A stretch of DNA of 64,000 nt, taken from contig CAZKFB010000002.1 in assembly GCA_964551965.1 (NCBI GenBank), forward strand, positions 1,457-65,456. The letters run 5' to 3'. This DNA is from an uncultured Muribaculaceae bacterium (lineage in GTDB: Bacteria > Bacillota_I > Bacilli_A > RF39 > UBA660). Position 1 is the stretch's first letter; each line of letters begins with the position of its first letter. The notes beneath the pieces were generated by a model. It was not told the DNA's origin and ran no database searches. It saw only the letters and a program-made list of their open reading frames with translations. Both the position numbers and the translations under genes were made by a program. This document shows, piece by piece, positions 45,174-54,346 of the stretch.

Positions 45174-46634
45174 ATGGGTGTAGCAAATATAGCAAGTAGT
45201 GCAGCTAGTGGAGCAGCTAGTTCAGCAGCATCACAAGCTACTTCATCGGTTGCATCAAATGCAGCAGCAAAAGGTGCAAGTGTTGGAGGATCATTACCAT
45301 CATCAAGCATGCCTGCACTTAAAACTTCATCTCCTGCACCTATGAATGGTGGAGGACTCCCATCTAGTTCGCCATCTAACGGATCTCATTCTTCTTTACC
45401 AGATATTGAAGAGAAATCTTCAAGTGTTGAAAAAGATACGCATTCTAATGTGGATAGAGAAACTAATTCAGGACAAAGTGAGATAGAACAAGAAAATTCT
45501 CCTTCTACGGAAGAAAATGTACCTGAAGAGACTACTGATTCGAAAGAAAATTCTAAAGAGAAAAAATCACAAGATATTGATGATGGAAAATATCATGCTA
45601 AAGATAATCAAGAAGTCGGTCCAGGACAAAAGATAGATGAGGATGGCAATGTCGTTGATACTGGAAACAAAAAATTTACTAAAGCCTTAGCTGTTGGAGC
45701 AGCTACCTATTTTGGGGGAGCCGAAGGTGGAGAGACTGCCAATGCTCTAGCTAAGACAGATGCCGGAAACAAATTAACGGGTGTTGTTGCCGATCAAATG
45801 GATAAATCAGTTGCCGGTAAGATAACGGAAGATTTAGGTGATTCGGGAGCAGCAGACGCTATTTTAGATACTGCCGATACCGTAAGTGCAGCTAAAAGTG
45901 GAGATGTTAAAGGAGCTTTAAAATCAGGGAAGAGTGCTATAAAAAATCTTGGTAAGACTATTAAGCACTATGCTCTTATCATTGGTCTATCTCTACTTGT
46001 AGTCTTGGGACCAATTATTATGGTTGGAGTTGTAATTGCTGCAGTATGTGGACCAGTACTTGGTGGATTTATGGATGTTACAAGTGCATTCGGTGAATTT
46101 GTCGATGATGTTGGAGACTTTTTTACTGGTGAAAATGATATTACTGGTACCACCGGGGGAGATAATTTAGAAGAAATAATGCAAAATGCTGATCAAATAG
46201 TAGCTGAAGTTCCTGACTATTCATCACTTACAGATGTTCAACAAGGAATTGTTGCAGCAGCAGCAGCCGGAGTAGCATCAGGTAGACCATATAGTTATGG
46301 AGGAAAACCAACAGGGCCTGGATTAAGCGGAATACCAACGACAGGAATAGATTGTTCGGGATTTGTAGGTTGGTCAATTTGGACAGCAACCAATAAAAAA
46401 CCTGGAGCACTCGGAACTTCAACAATGGTAGCCAATATAGGTACTATTTTTGAAGAAATACCAGAAAGTGAACTAAAACCTGGCGATATTGGATTAAAAC
46501 ATAAAAATTCAGGATCAAATCATACTGGAATATATGCAGGAAATGGAATGTGGCTTCATGCGGCAAATTCTACTTCCGGTTTAATTAAAAGCAATTATAA
46601 AAGCTTTACTGTATATTTAAGATATGTAGGTTAA
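45174..46634 (+). CDS. Membrane-spanning NlpC/P60 (C40) peptidoglycan endopeptidase with an Ala/Ser-rich disordered N-terminus
   Basis: C-terminal GIDCSGFVGWSIW (catalytic Cys) ... SNHTGIYAGNGMWLHAANS (His). Central double TM segment (ALIIGLSLLVVLGPIIMVGVVIAAVCGPVLGGF). Confidence 0.8.
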   Translation: MGVANIASSAASGAASSAASQATSSVASNAAAKGASVGGSLPSSSMPALKTSSPAPMNGGGLPSSSPSNGSHSSLPDIEEKSSSVEKDTHSNVDRETNSGQSEIEQENSPSTEENVPEETTDSKENSKEKKSQDIDDGKYHAKDNQEVGPGQKIDEDGNVVDTGNKKFTKALAVGAATYFGGAEGGETANALAKTDAGNKLTGVVADQMDKSVAGKITEDLGDSGAADAILDTADTVSAAKSGDVKGALKSGKSAIKNLGKTIKHYALIIGLSLLVVLGPIIMVGVVIAAVCGPVLGGFMDVTSAFGEFVDDVGDFFTGENDITGTTGGDNLEEIMQNADQIVAEVPDYSSLTDVQQGIVAAAAAGVASGRPYSYGGKPTGPGLSGIPTTGIDCSGFVGWSIWTATNKKPGALGTSTMVANIGTIFEEIPESELKPGDIGLKHKNSGSNHTGIYAGNGMWLHAANSTSGLIKSNYKSFTVYLRYVG

Positions 46635-46646
46635 GGAGGATTATAA

Positions 46647-47357
46647 ATGAAAAAAGTGTTAGTTTTAATAACCATTTTTGTTTTAACATTCTCATTTAAT
46701 GTATTTGCTATGGATTTTAAAACAGTAAATGTTACAGCAACTTTTTCTGAAGAAATTGATTTTGCTGATATAGAAAAAGTTAAATTAATAATTTTCGGTG
46801 AGGGTATAGATTATGTCGATGATGCAGCATCAGTATTAAATATCATCGATTTAACAAAAGATAATAATTATACCAAATCGATAAACGATACTAAAATAAC
46901 CGATCAAAGTAATTTATTTGCTATGGTAGATAAAGATAGATATGGGGTATATAATTGTGATATATTATTAGATACTAGTCTTATCGATACAGCAAATATT
47001 ACTATTCAAATAAGTAAAAACAATTTTCCTAAAAATGAATTTTCACAAATACCTTCAGACATTATCGATAGAATAATTGGAAAAAGTACGACAAATAATA
47101 ATTCGGGAAATACAAATGGTAATAGTGGAGATAATAATAGTGAAGACAATGAAGTAACTGTTGGAACAACGACAACTAAACCAACAACGACAACAAATGA
47201 AATAATTTATCGAGAAGAATTGAAAAAAAGAGAAAAAGAAGAACAAGATAAAAAGAAAAATAATATTGTATCTATTGTACTTTATGTTATTATAGGTGCT
47301 ATACTATTAATTGGTTTAGTATTTATAATGTATAAATTTATAATGGCTAATAAATAA
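46647..47357 (+). CDS. Tail-anchored surface protein (signal peptide, 140-aa domain, N/T-rich stalk, TM)
   Basis: Signal peptide VLTFSFNVFA, then NNNSGNTNGNSGDNN, TTTTKPTTTT and a C-terminal TM segment. Confidence 0.55.
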   Translation: MKKVLVLITIFVLTFSFNVFAMDFKTVNVTATFSEEIDFADIEKVKLIIFGEGIDYVDDAASVLNIIDLTKDNNYTKSINDTKITDQSNLFAMVDKDRYGVYNCDILLDTSLIDTANITIQISKNNFPKNEFSQIPSDIIDRIIGKSTTNNNSGNTNGNSGDNNSEDNEVTVGTTTTKPTTTTNEIIYREELKKREKEEQDKKKNNIVSIVLYVIIGAILLIGLVFIMYKFIMANK

Positions 47358-47412
47358 AGGTAGAAAAATTACCATAATTATATTATAATAAATAAGAGAA
47401 GGAGGGGCTGCT

Positions 47413-50373
47413 ATGAAACTTAAAGTGTCACCAAAAGATTTGGCAATTTTTGGCGTGTTTTGCGTATTTTTACTTTATTTTAGTGCAATAGCCGTCCTTA
47501 ACGTTTTATCACTTATTAATGAAGGAACTTTCTATGGATTGAGTCCTTTTGAAGCTTTTACACCTAAATATATATTTCCAACTTTATTATTATTCTTTTC
47601 TGTAATAATTGCTGTATTCTTTAGTGTTTCTTCATCTATTTTCTCAAGATCTAAGGGAATAGGTTTGTCATTGGGAGAAAAAGAAGAAAAAGGATATTCT
47701 CGTTGGCTAAAAGAAAAAGAGATGAAAAAAGCATACAAAGTATATAAAGTTGGTGTAAGGGATGTTGATGCATCAGCAGCCGGAATAGTTTTAATAAATA
47801 ATGGAAAAGATATGTGGGTCGATGATTCCGAGTTCCATACATTAGTTATAGGTATTACTGGATCAGGTAAAACAACTGCAGTTGTTGATCCATTAATTTA
47901 TAGTTTATGTAAGCATCGTGAGAGTATGATATTTACCGACCCTAAAGGTGAAATATATACAAACCATGCTGAATTACTAAAGGCGCGTGGATATAATATT
48001 GTTGTTTTAAACTTCCGTGATCCGCAAATGGGTAATGCATGGAATCCATTAACTTTACCTTATCAATTGTATCATGAAGGTAATGTTGATAAAGCAATTG
48101 AGTTAGTTGATGACGTTGCAAACAACATTGTTAAAGATGCCAAGGCTCAAGATCCTTTTTGGCAAAACTCTTCATCAGACTACTTTGCTGGTTGTACTTT
48201 AGGTCTTTTGGAAGATGCTAAACTTGAAGAAGTTAACTTAAATTCAATAAGTTTAATGACAACTGTTGGAGAAGAAAAGTTTGGTGCGGGCTCTACTTAT
48301 ATCAAAGAATATTTTGGTTTAAAGGGAGAACAATCAAGTGCTTATACTTTTGCAAGTAATACGATAAATTCACCAACAGAAACAAAAGGTGGTATCCTTT
48401 CAACATTCCGTCAAAAGATACGTATTTTCTCATCACGTGAAAATCTATCTGAGATGTTATCTTATTCAGATTTTAATATGCGTGATATTGGTAAACAGCC
48501 AACAGCCGTATTCATGATAATTCATGATGAAAAGACAACGTATCATGCTTTAGCAACAATATTCATTAAACAATGTTATGAAACATTAATATCTGTTGCT
48601 CAAGAAAATGGTGGTAAATTACCAGTAAGAACTAACTTTATACTTGATGAGTTTGCCAACATGCCACCTCTTAAAGACGTTACAACAATGGTTACTGCAG
48701 CTCGTTCAAGATTAATTAGATTTACATTTATTATTCAAAACTTTGCCCAATTAAACGATGTTTATGGTAAAGAAGATGCTGAAACAATTAGATCAAACTG
48801 TGGTAATTTAATATATCTTTTAACAACTGAGTTAGCTGCACTTGAAGAAATATCTAAATTGTGTGGAGAAGTAAAAGTTGATAAAGATAAAGATGATAAA
48901 CGTGAGTCAAAACCATTAGTTACGGTATCAGACTTACAAAAAATGAAACTTAATGAAGTTATTATATTAAGAAGCCGTGTAAATCCATTTAAAACTCAGC
49001 TAGTACAAGCATTTAATGTTGACTGGGGAGATAAAGAATTTGGAAAAGCTCAATTTGTTGAAAGACAAAAGAAAGAGATTCAATACTTCGATGTTAAAGA
49101 ATTTGTTAAAGTTCGTAAACGTAGTAAAATGGGAATCGATGATAAAGGAAATGGTGGCGGTTCAACTCCAAGCTTCTCATCATTGATGGGTGGTGGAATG
49201 CCTGGTGGAAATGGAATGCCTAATGGTATGCCAAAAATCCCAACTTTCGAAGAATTTATGGCAGCTAGAAATAGTCAAAAGAAAGAAAACCCAAATCCAT
49301 CACCAGCACCAACACCTCAAAAACCAGTTATGCCAACATTCGATGTTGATGACTTAGTAAAGAGAATTGATGCTAAGATTGCTGAATTGGAAGCTCAAGA
49401 AAAGGAAGAGGAAGCAAAGAAAAATGGAACTGCACCAGTTGAAAGTGCAATACCAACTCCAAGTATTCCGACTCCAAATATTCCAATCCCAACAGCGCCA
49501 ACTAGTCCAGTTCCTAATATTCCTGATGGAATTAATCCGGTTACTAGCCAAGTTACACCACCAATATCTAGTATGCCTAATATTGAGGTTAATGCAAATG
49601 TTGAAAGCACACCAGCTAGTCCTGTAAGAGTTCAACCTGTTGATGTCGAAGAAATTAAAGCTGAACCTGTACAACCAGGATTCAACCCATTTGCTGCTCC
49701 AGTAGAACCAAAGACTACTAATTTTGTAAATAAAGATATTATCGATGGAATAGATACAATAGAAACTTCTCCAATTAGTGCACCAAAGATTGAAAGTGTA
49801 CCAAAAGAAGAACCAAAGCCTAACAATGGAGAAATAAATAATTTTAGAGATTTAATGAATAACGGAGCTCAACCAATTAATAATATGGTGCCTCCATCAA
49901 CTACTATAAATCAACAAACTCCTGTTGCTCCAGTGAGTCAAATGCCAGAGCCAGGTACAATGAATCAAGTAGCTCCTGTTAATCCAGTAAATCTAGTATC
50001 TCAAGGCGCACCAGTAACTCCGGTAGTTCCCGTTGCACCTACAGTACCTGAGACAATCATTGATATTCCAATTGAACCGGAATTATCAGGAATAGTTGAT
50101 CCAACAACACAACCAATTAAGAATAGTGTTTCACAAATTAAACCTGAAACACCTATTAATGTACCAACGATTGATATTAATGCATCAAATACCCAGAATG
50201 TTGCACCTCAAAGTCCAATAAATACAGGAATACCAACACCATCCGTGCCTAATATTCCAAATAATGGACCAGTACAAGTACAAAATGGATTACAACAACA
50301 AAACACTAGTGCACCAGTTATACAAAATGTACAAAATGAAGAATTCTTTGATGATTTCTTTGATAATGATTAA
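47413..50373 (+). CDS. VirD4/TraG-family type IV coupling protein with a roughly 410-aa Pro-rich C-terminal extension
   Basis: Two N-terminal TM segments. Walker A VIGITGSGKTT, FTDPKGEIY, Walker B ILDEFANMP, and FIIQNFAQL. The low-complexity tail ends in NEEFFDDFFDND. Confidence 0.85.
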   Translation: MKLKVSPKDLAIFGVFCVFLLYFSAIAVLNVLSLINEGTFYGLSPFEAFTPKYIFPTLLLFFSVIIAVFFSVSSSIFSRSKGIGLSLGEKEEKGYSRWLKEKEMKKAYKVYKVGVRDVDASAAGIVLINNGKDMWVDDSEFHTLVIGITGSGKTTAVVDPLIYSLCKHRESMIFTDPKGEIYTNHAELLKARGYNIVVLNFRDPQMGNAWNPLTLPYQLYHEGNVDKAIELVDDVANNIVKDAKAQDPFWQNSSSDYFAGCTLGLLEDAKLEEVNLNSISLMTTVGEEKFGAGSTYIKEYFGLKGEQSSAYTFASNTINSPTETKGGILSTFRQKIRIFSSRENLSEMLSYSDFNMRDIGKQPTAVFMIIHDEKTTYHALATIFIKQCYETLISVAQENGGKLPVRTNFILDEFANMPPLKDVTTMVTAARSRLIRFTFIIQNFAQLNDVYGKEDAETIRSNCGNLIYLLTTELAALEEISKLCGEVKVDKDKDDKRESKPLVTVSDLQKMKLNEVIILRSRVNPFKTQLVQAFNVDWGDKEFGKAQFVERQKKEIQYFDVKEFVKVRKRSKMGIDDKGNGGGSTPSFSSLMGGGMPGGNGMPNGMPKIPTFEEFMAARNSQKKENPNPSPAPTPQKPVMPTFDVDDLVKRIDAKIAELEAQEKEEEAKKNGTAPVESAIPTPSIPTPNIPIPTAPTSPVPNIPDGINPVTSQVTPPISSMPNIEVNANVESTPASPVRVQPVDVEEIKAEPVQPGFNPFAAPVEPKTTNFVNKDIIDGIDTIETSPISAPKIESVPKEEPKPNNGEINNFRDLMNNGAQPINNMVPPSTTINQQTPVAPVSQMPEPGTMNQVAPVNPVNLVSQGAPVTPVVPVAPTVPETIIDIPIEPELSGIVDPTTQPIKNSVSQIKPETPINVPTIDINASNTQNVAPQSPINTGIPTPSVPNIPNNGPVQVQNGLQQQNTSAPVIQNVQNEEFFDDFFDND

Positions 50374-50398
50374 AACAAGTTTTAAACTTGTTTTTTTT
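50372..50398 (+). terminator. Rho-independent terminator
   Basis: aaaacaagt-tttaa-acttgtttt hairpin plus T-run. Confidence 0.75.
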
Positions 50399-50454
50399 AT
50401 ATTGATATGTGCTTTCATAATAGACAAATACTAAATAAATACATAATATACAAT

Positions 50455-50667
50455 ATGAAAAGGATGAAAAAAACAGATTATAACGGCAATGGTATATACA
50501 TAGACCTTGATATAGAATACATTCCTTATCAGAAATTAATATATGAACCTAATAAGTATTTAAGTAGATCACATAAATATTATTTTTACTGTAAACATGG
50601 AATAAAAAGTAAAGAAGTAGTTATGTCTCTAACAGAGCAAGGTTATGATGTAACCCAACTAATTTAA
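50455..50667 (+). CDS. Short rhodanese-like domain protein (possibly truncated)
   Basis: YYFYCKHGIKSKEVVMSLTEQGYDV resembles a rhodanese active-site loop (CxxGxxS) plus the C-terminal helix. It is too short for a full domain, and the start is uncertain. Confidence 0.35.
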   Translation: MKRMKKTDYNGNGIYIDLDIEYIPYQKLIYEPNKYLSRSHKYYFYCKHGIKSKEVVMSLTEQGYDVTQLI

Positions 50668-50714
50668 CACTTTTATAATTTACTTTTATAGGGTATAATA
50701 TAAATGTGATTAAA

Positions 50715-51329
50715 ATGGAAATTATATTAGTAAACATCCAAGAGATATTAGAAAATATTGATGCATTAACCGGAACAGTATTATCGGGTTTAGGTATATG
50801 GGGAGCGTTACTTAGCTGCTTACTTATAGTAGTTGAGTCAATTCTTCCTGTTTTGCCGTTATGTGTATTCGTAACTCTTTTATTCTATACTTTTGGTAAT
50901 ATTGCTGGTTTTTTAATAAGTTGGATTTGTACATGCATTGGTTGCTTTTTATCATTTACTTTGTTTAGATCAAAAATAAAAGGGTGGTTTGAAAAGAAAC
51001 TAGTAAATGGAAAAGTAAAAAAACAAATTAACCATATCATGTCTTATGTTGAAAATATTTCCTTGAGTGGACTTGCTGTGTTAGTAGCAATTCCCTTTAC
51101 ACCAGCATTTGCTGTAAATATCGCGGCAGGATTATCAAATATGCCAAGAAAAAAGTTTATAATGGGAATACTAATTGGTAAAATATTTATGGTATATTTT
51201 TGGGGTTATATTGGTACGACATTGTTAGAAAGTATTACTCATCCAATCTATTTGCTTAGAATAGGTCTTTTATTAGTACTTGCATATATAATAAGCAAAA
51301 TGGCAAATAAATGGTTTAAGTTAGATTAG
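50715..51329 (+). CDS. DedA / TVP38-TMEM64 family membrane protein
   Basis: Polytopic protein with a SNARE-associated-like core (ESILPVLPLCVF...FGNIAGFLISWIC...FTLFR). Confidence 0.7.
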   Translation: MEIILVNIQEILENIDALTGTVLSGLGIWGALLSCLLIVVESILPVLPLCVFVTLLFYTFGNIAGFLISWICTCIGCFLSFTLFRSKIKGWFEKKLVNGKVKKQINHIMSYVENISLSGLAVLVAIPFTPAFAVNIAAGLSNMPRKKFIMGILIGKIFMVYFWGYIGTTLLESITHPIYLLRIGLLLVLAYIISKMANKWFKLD

Positions 51330-51337
51330 GAGTATTT

Positions 51338-52423
51338 ATGGAGAATTATATAATTATTGGATTATTAATAGTAGCAATTATATTGCTTATTGTTAATTTA
51401 TTTAAAAAAGAAAAACAAGATAATACAGAAATGGTTAAAAACCTAGGTGATTTTAAAAATGATATTACTAAAGAAGTATCATCATTTAAGTTTGATTTAA
51501 CTAAAGAATTATCATCTAACTTTAATGTATTAAATGATAAAATGGAATATCGTTTATCCCAAATTAATGATAAAGTAAATGAAAAGATCGACCAAAACTT
51601 TGAGAAAACTAATAAGACATTTAATTCAGTTTTAGAAAGATTGACAAAGATTGATGAAGCCCAAAAGAATATCGATGATTTATCGAAAGATATTATTTCC
51701 CTACAAAGTGTTTTAACGGATAAAAAGACGAGAGGTACTTTCGGAGAAGTTAATTTGAATTATATTCTTACTAGTATTTTTGGTGAAAAGAAAACAGTTT
51801 ATGATATTCAACATAAATTACCTAATGGATACATAGCTGACTCGGTAATATTTGCTCCTGAACCTTTAGGAAATATCTGTATTGATTCGAAATTTCCTTT
51901 AGAAAATTATGAAAAAATGACGGATAAGACACTTGATAAGAGGGAGAGGGAATTAGCAGAAAAACTATTTAAAGCCGATGTTAAAAAACATATAGATGCT
52001 ATTGCTGATAAATATATAATCGATGGGGTAACAAGTGATGAAGCAATCATGTTCTTGCCAGCCGAAGCTATATTTGCCGAAATTAATGCATATCAAACAG
52101 ATTTATTAAAATATGCATATTCAAGAAAGGTTTGGATTTGTGGACCAACAACTTTAATGTCTACATTGTCAACAATTAGTATGATCTTAAAGAATATTGA
52201 AAGAGATAAATATACTAAGATTATTCATGAAGAATTAAATAAACTCGGAATTGAATTTAAGCGTTATAAAGAACGTTGGGATAAATTATCGAAGAGCATT
52301 GATAGTGTTTCTTCCGAGGTTAAAGATATTCATACGACAACTGATAAGATCAGTAAAAAGTTTGAGTCAATCAGTAGTGTAGATATCGATGCTTTGGACT
52401 ATCATGAAGAAAATGAAGAATAA
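51338..52423 (+). CDS. rmuC: DNA recombination protein RmuC
   Basis: N-terminal TM segment, coiled coil, and the RmuC core (RGTFGEVNLNYIL...DSKFPLENY...MFLPAEAIF). Confidence 0.8.
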   Translation: MENYIIIGLLIVAIILLIVNLFKKEKQDNTEMVKNLGDFKNDITKEVSSFKFDLTKELSSNFNVLNDKMEYRLSQINDKVNEKIDQNFEKTNKTFNSVLERLTKIDEAQKNIDDLSKDIISLQSVLTDKKTRGTFGEVNLNYILTSIFGEKKTVYDIQHKLPNGYIADSVIFAPEPLGNICIDSKFPLENYEKMTDKTLDKRERELAEKLFKADVKKHIDAIADKYIIDGVTSDEAIMFLPAEAIFAEINAYQTDLLKYAYSRKVWICGPTTLMSTLSTISMILKNIERDKYTKIIHEELNKLGIEFKRYKERWDKLSKSIDSVSSEVKDIHTTTDKISKKFESISSVDIDALDYHEENEE

Positions 52424-52479
52424 ATAACAATTGAATAATTATTATAAATGTATTAATATATTAGTAAGGAGTGTTAGTT

Positions 52480-53547
52480 ATGGATCCTATATTAATAATT
52501 ATTTTAGTGGGTGTTGGTTTATTAGCTGGACCTAAGTTAGTTAAAACTGGTTTAGCAAGATTAATTGCCAATGCTGATGAAAATAAAACCAATAATTTAA
52601 GCCATCAAATGCTAAAAAAAGAATATAAAGAGAAAAAACAAAAAGAAAAATACCGTCAAAGATTAATTAAAAAAGGAATAGATCCGGATAAAGTAATTAA
52701 AGCAGACATGGATAAATTTCACCATATATCTTTTACTGGTATAAAAACTAAAAAGAAAGCAATTGTAAATGTAAGAGAAGATGTGTCTTTTAATGAAAGC
52801 GAAGATGTATTATTAAAAGGTAGATTACATATTGTTGATATAAATGGTAGAAGAACAGTTCAAGATATCTATTTATTTCAACCTCGTGTATATAGTTCAG
52901 AAGGAGTATTCTTAGGACCTAAATTAGATAAAACGGGAAAATTATCTGATAAATATACTTATTTATGCCGTCAAAATGGTGGAGAAATTCTTAATGGTTA
53001 TATGCCAAAAAGAGAAATATTTACTGGTATGAGATTTGATTTTATACCTGACGATAGCCATAACTTTATCGATAGAAATCCTAATTTTGCTGATTTTTCT
53101 AGCGAAGATAGAAGACAAGCAGAACAACTTGAACAATTTATTAACATTGATATTCCGAGAGATGGAAATGGGCAATATATCCCTGTTAATTTAAATGATC
53201 CAAAACAAAAAGCTGAATTTGAAAAATATAAGAAAGCTCATTTAGGAAATAAAAAGACACCTAAAGAATACTTTAGAGATCAATTAAATATTGCTAAAGC
53301 CGCATTCTATAAATATCTAAATGAACATCGACCAGACTATGCATACGCACCTAGCAGAACTACTGAGCAAGAAGAGAGTGCAGAGCCAATTAAGGTTGAG
53401 TCAAGTAAAAAAGCTGAACAAAGCATTAACGATTTCTATAAGAGATTTGATTATTATATTCAATCACCATTCGGTGAAAGATATAACGATTATAATGGGG
53501 AATATGGATATACTTCGGGACCACATCATCATCATGGAAGAAGATAA
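52480..53547 (+). CDS. Membrane-anchored hypothetical protein with a His-rich C-terminus
   Basis: The ATG at 52480 follows AAGGAGTG. N-terminal TM segment and a K-rich segment. Ends in GPHHHHGRR. Confidence 0.55.
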   Translation: MDPILIIILVGVGLLAGPKLVKTGLARLIANADENKTNNLSHQMLKKEYKEKKQKEKYRQRLIKKGIDPDKVIKADMDKFHHISFTGIKTKKKAIVNVREDVSFNESEDVLLKGRLHIVDINGRRTVQDIYLFQPRVYSSEGVFLGPKLDKTGKLSDKYTYLCRQNGGEILNGYMPKREIFTGMRFDFIPDDSHNFIDRNPNFADFSSEDRRQAEQLEQFINIDIPRDGNGQYIPVNLNDPKQKAEFEKYKKAHLGNKKTPKEYFRDQLNIAKAAFYKYLNEHRPDYAYAPSRTTEQEESAEPIKVESSKKAEQSINDFYKRFDYYIQSPFGERYNDYNGEYGYTSGPHHHHGRR

Positions 53548-53550
53548 ATT

Positions 53551-53571
53551 AGACCAAATATGGTCTTTTTT
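53551..53571 (+). terminator. Rho-independent terminator
   Basis: agacca-aata-tggtct hairpin plus T-run. Confidence 0.7.
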
Positions 53572-53644
53572 CTTTACATTTTCATCAGATTTTCATATAT
53601 AATAAGTCTTCATTATGTTATAATTTAAATAGTAAGGTGATAAT

Positions 53645-54346
53645 ATGGAATTTATTGAACTTAAAAATGTTTTTAAAGTTTATAATAATGGAGTTTCCGC
53701 TTTAGCCGATGTTAGTTTATCAATAGCTAAGGGTGAATTTGTCTTTGTTATTGGTGAGTCTGGTAGTGGTAAGAGTACATTAACGAAACTTTTATATCGT
53801 GAAGAGAAGCCAAATAAAGGATCTGTTTATGTTGGTGGTATAAATGTTGCTAAATTGAGAAATAGTAATGTTTACAAATTAAGAAGAAAAATTGGTGTAG
53901 TTTTTCAAGACTTTAAATTGCTACCAAAACTTACAGTTTATGAAAATATAGCTTATCCATTAGAAAGTTATGGAATGAAATCTGATGAGATAAGAAATAA
54001 GGTTATGAAAGCAATTGAAAGAGTAGGCCTTAAAGATAAACTTAGAAGTTATCCAAACCAGCTATCGGGTGGAGAACAACAGAGAGTTTGTATTGCTAGA
54101 GCAATAGTTAATGAACCTAAGTTAATTATATGTGATGAACCTACAGGAGACTTAGATCCAAAGATGAGTAAAGAAATTATGGATGTTATAGATACTATAA
54201 ACAAAGAATTGGAGTCAACAATAATTATGGCCACTCATGATAAAGAAATAGTTAACCGAATGAAAAAAAGAGTTATATACTTACACAATGGTGTTTTAGT
54301 ATCTGACAAGAAGAAAGGAAACTATATCGAAGATGAAAATATTTAG
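53645..54346 (+). CDS. ftsE: Cell-division ABC transporter ATP-binding protein FtsE
   Basis: Walker [10 protein letters not shown], signature LSGGEQQRV, Walker B IICDEPTG. Followed by ftsX. Confidence 0.9.
   Translation: MEFIELKNVFKVYNNGVSALADVSLSIAKGEFVFVIGESGSGKSTLTKLLYREEKPNKGSVYVGGINVAKLRNSNVYKLRRKIGVVFQDFKLLPKLTVYENIAYPLESYGMKSDEIRNKVMKAIERVGLKDKLRSYPNQLSGGEQQRVCIARAIVNEPKLIICDEPTGDLDPKMSKEIMDVIDTINKELESTIIMATHDKEIVNRMKKRVIYLHNGVLVSDKKKGNYIEDENI

Larger units (their letters stand above)
35744..50398 (+). other. Gram-positive (MPF-FATA-like) type IV secretion operon; no relaxase, integrase or att seen
   Basis: Eleven co-directional genes with overlaps, or gaps of 55 nt or less, bounded by the terminators at 35693-35721 and 50372-50398. 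Confidence 0.8.

Noticed and set aside
35744-50398. Calling the T4SS cluster an integrative conjugative element (mobile_element).
   Set aside because: No recombinase, relaxase, oriT-like nick region, replication gene or flanking direct repeats could be found in the window, and both flanks are housekeeping. It is therefore annotated only as a T4SS operon, and its mobility is left open.
50455-50667. A functional rhodanese sulfurtransferase.
   Set aside because: Only about 70 residues are present, covering the putative active-site loop region. The start is unclear and the N-terminal half of the fold is missing, so it is kept as a low-confidence, possibly truncated gene.
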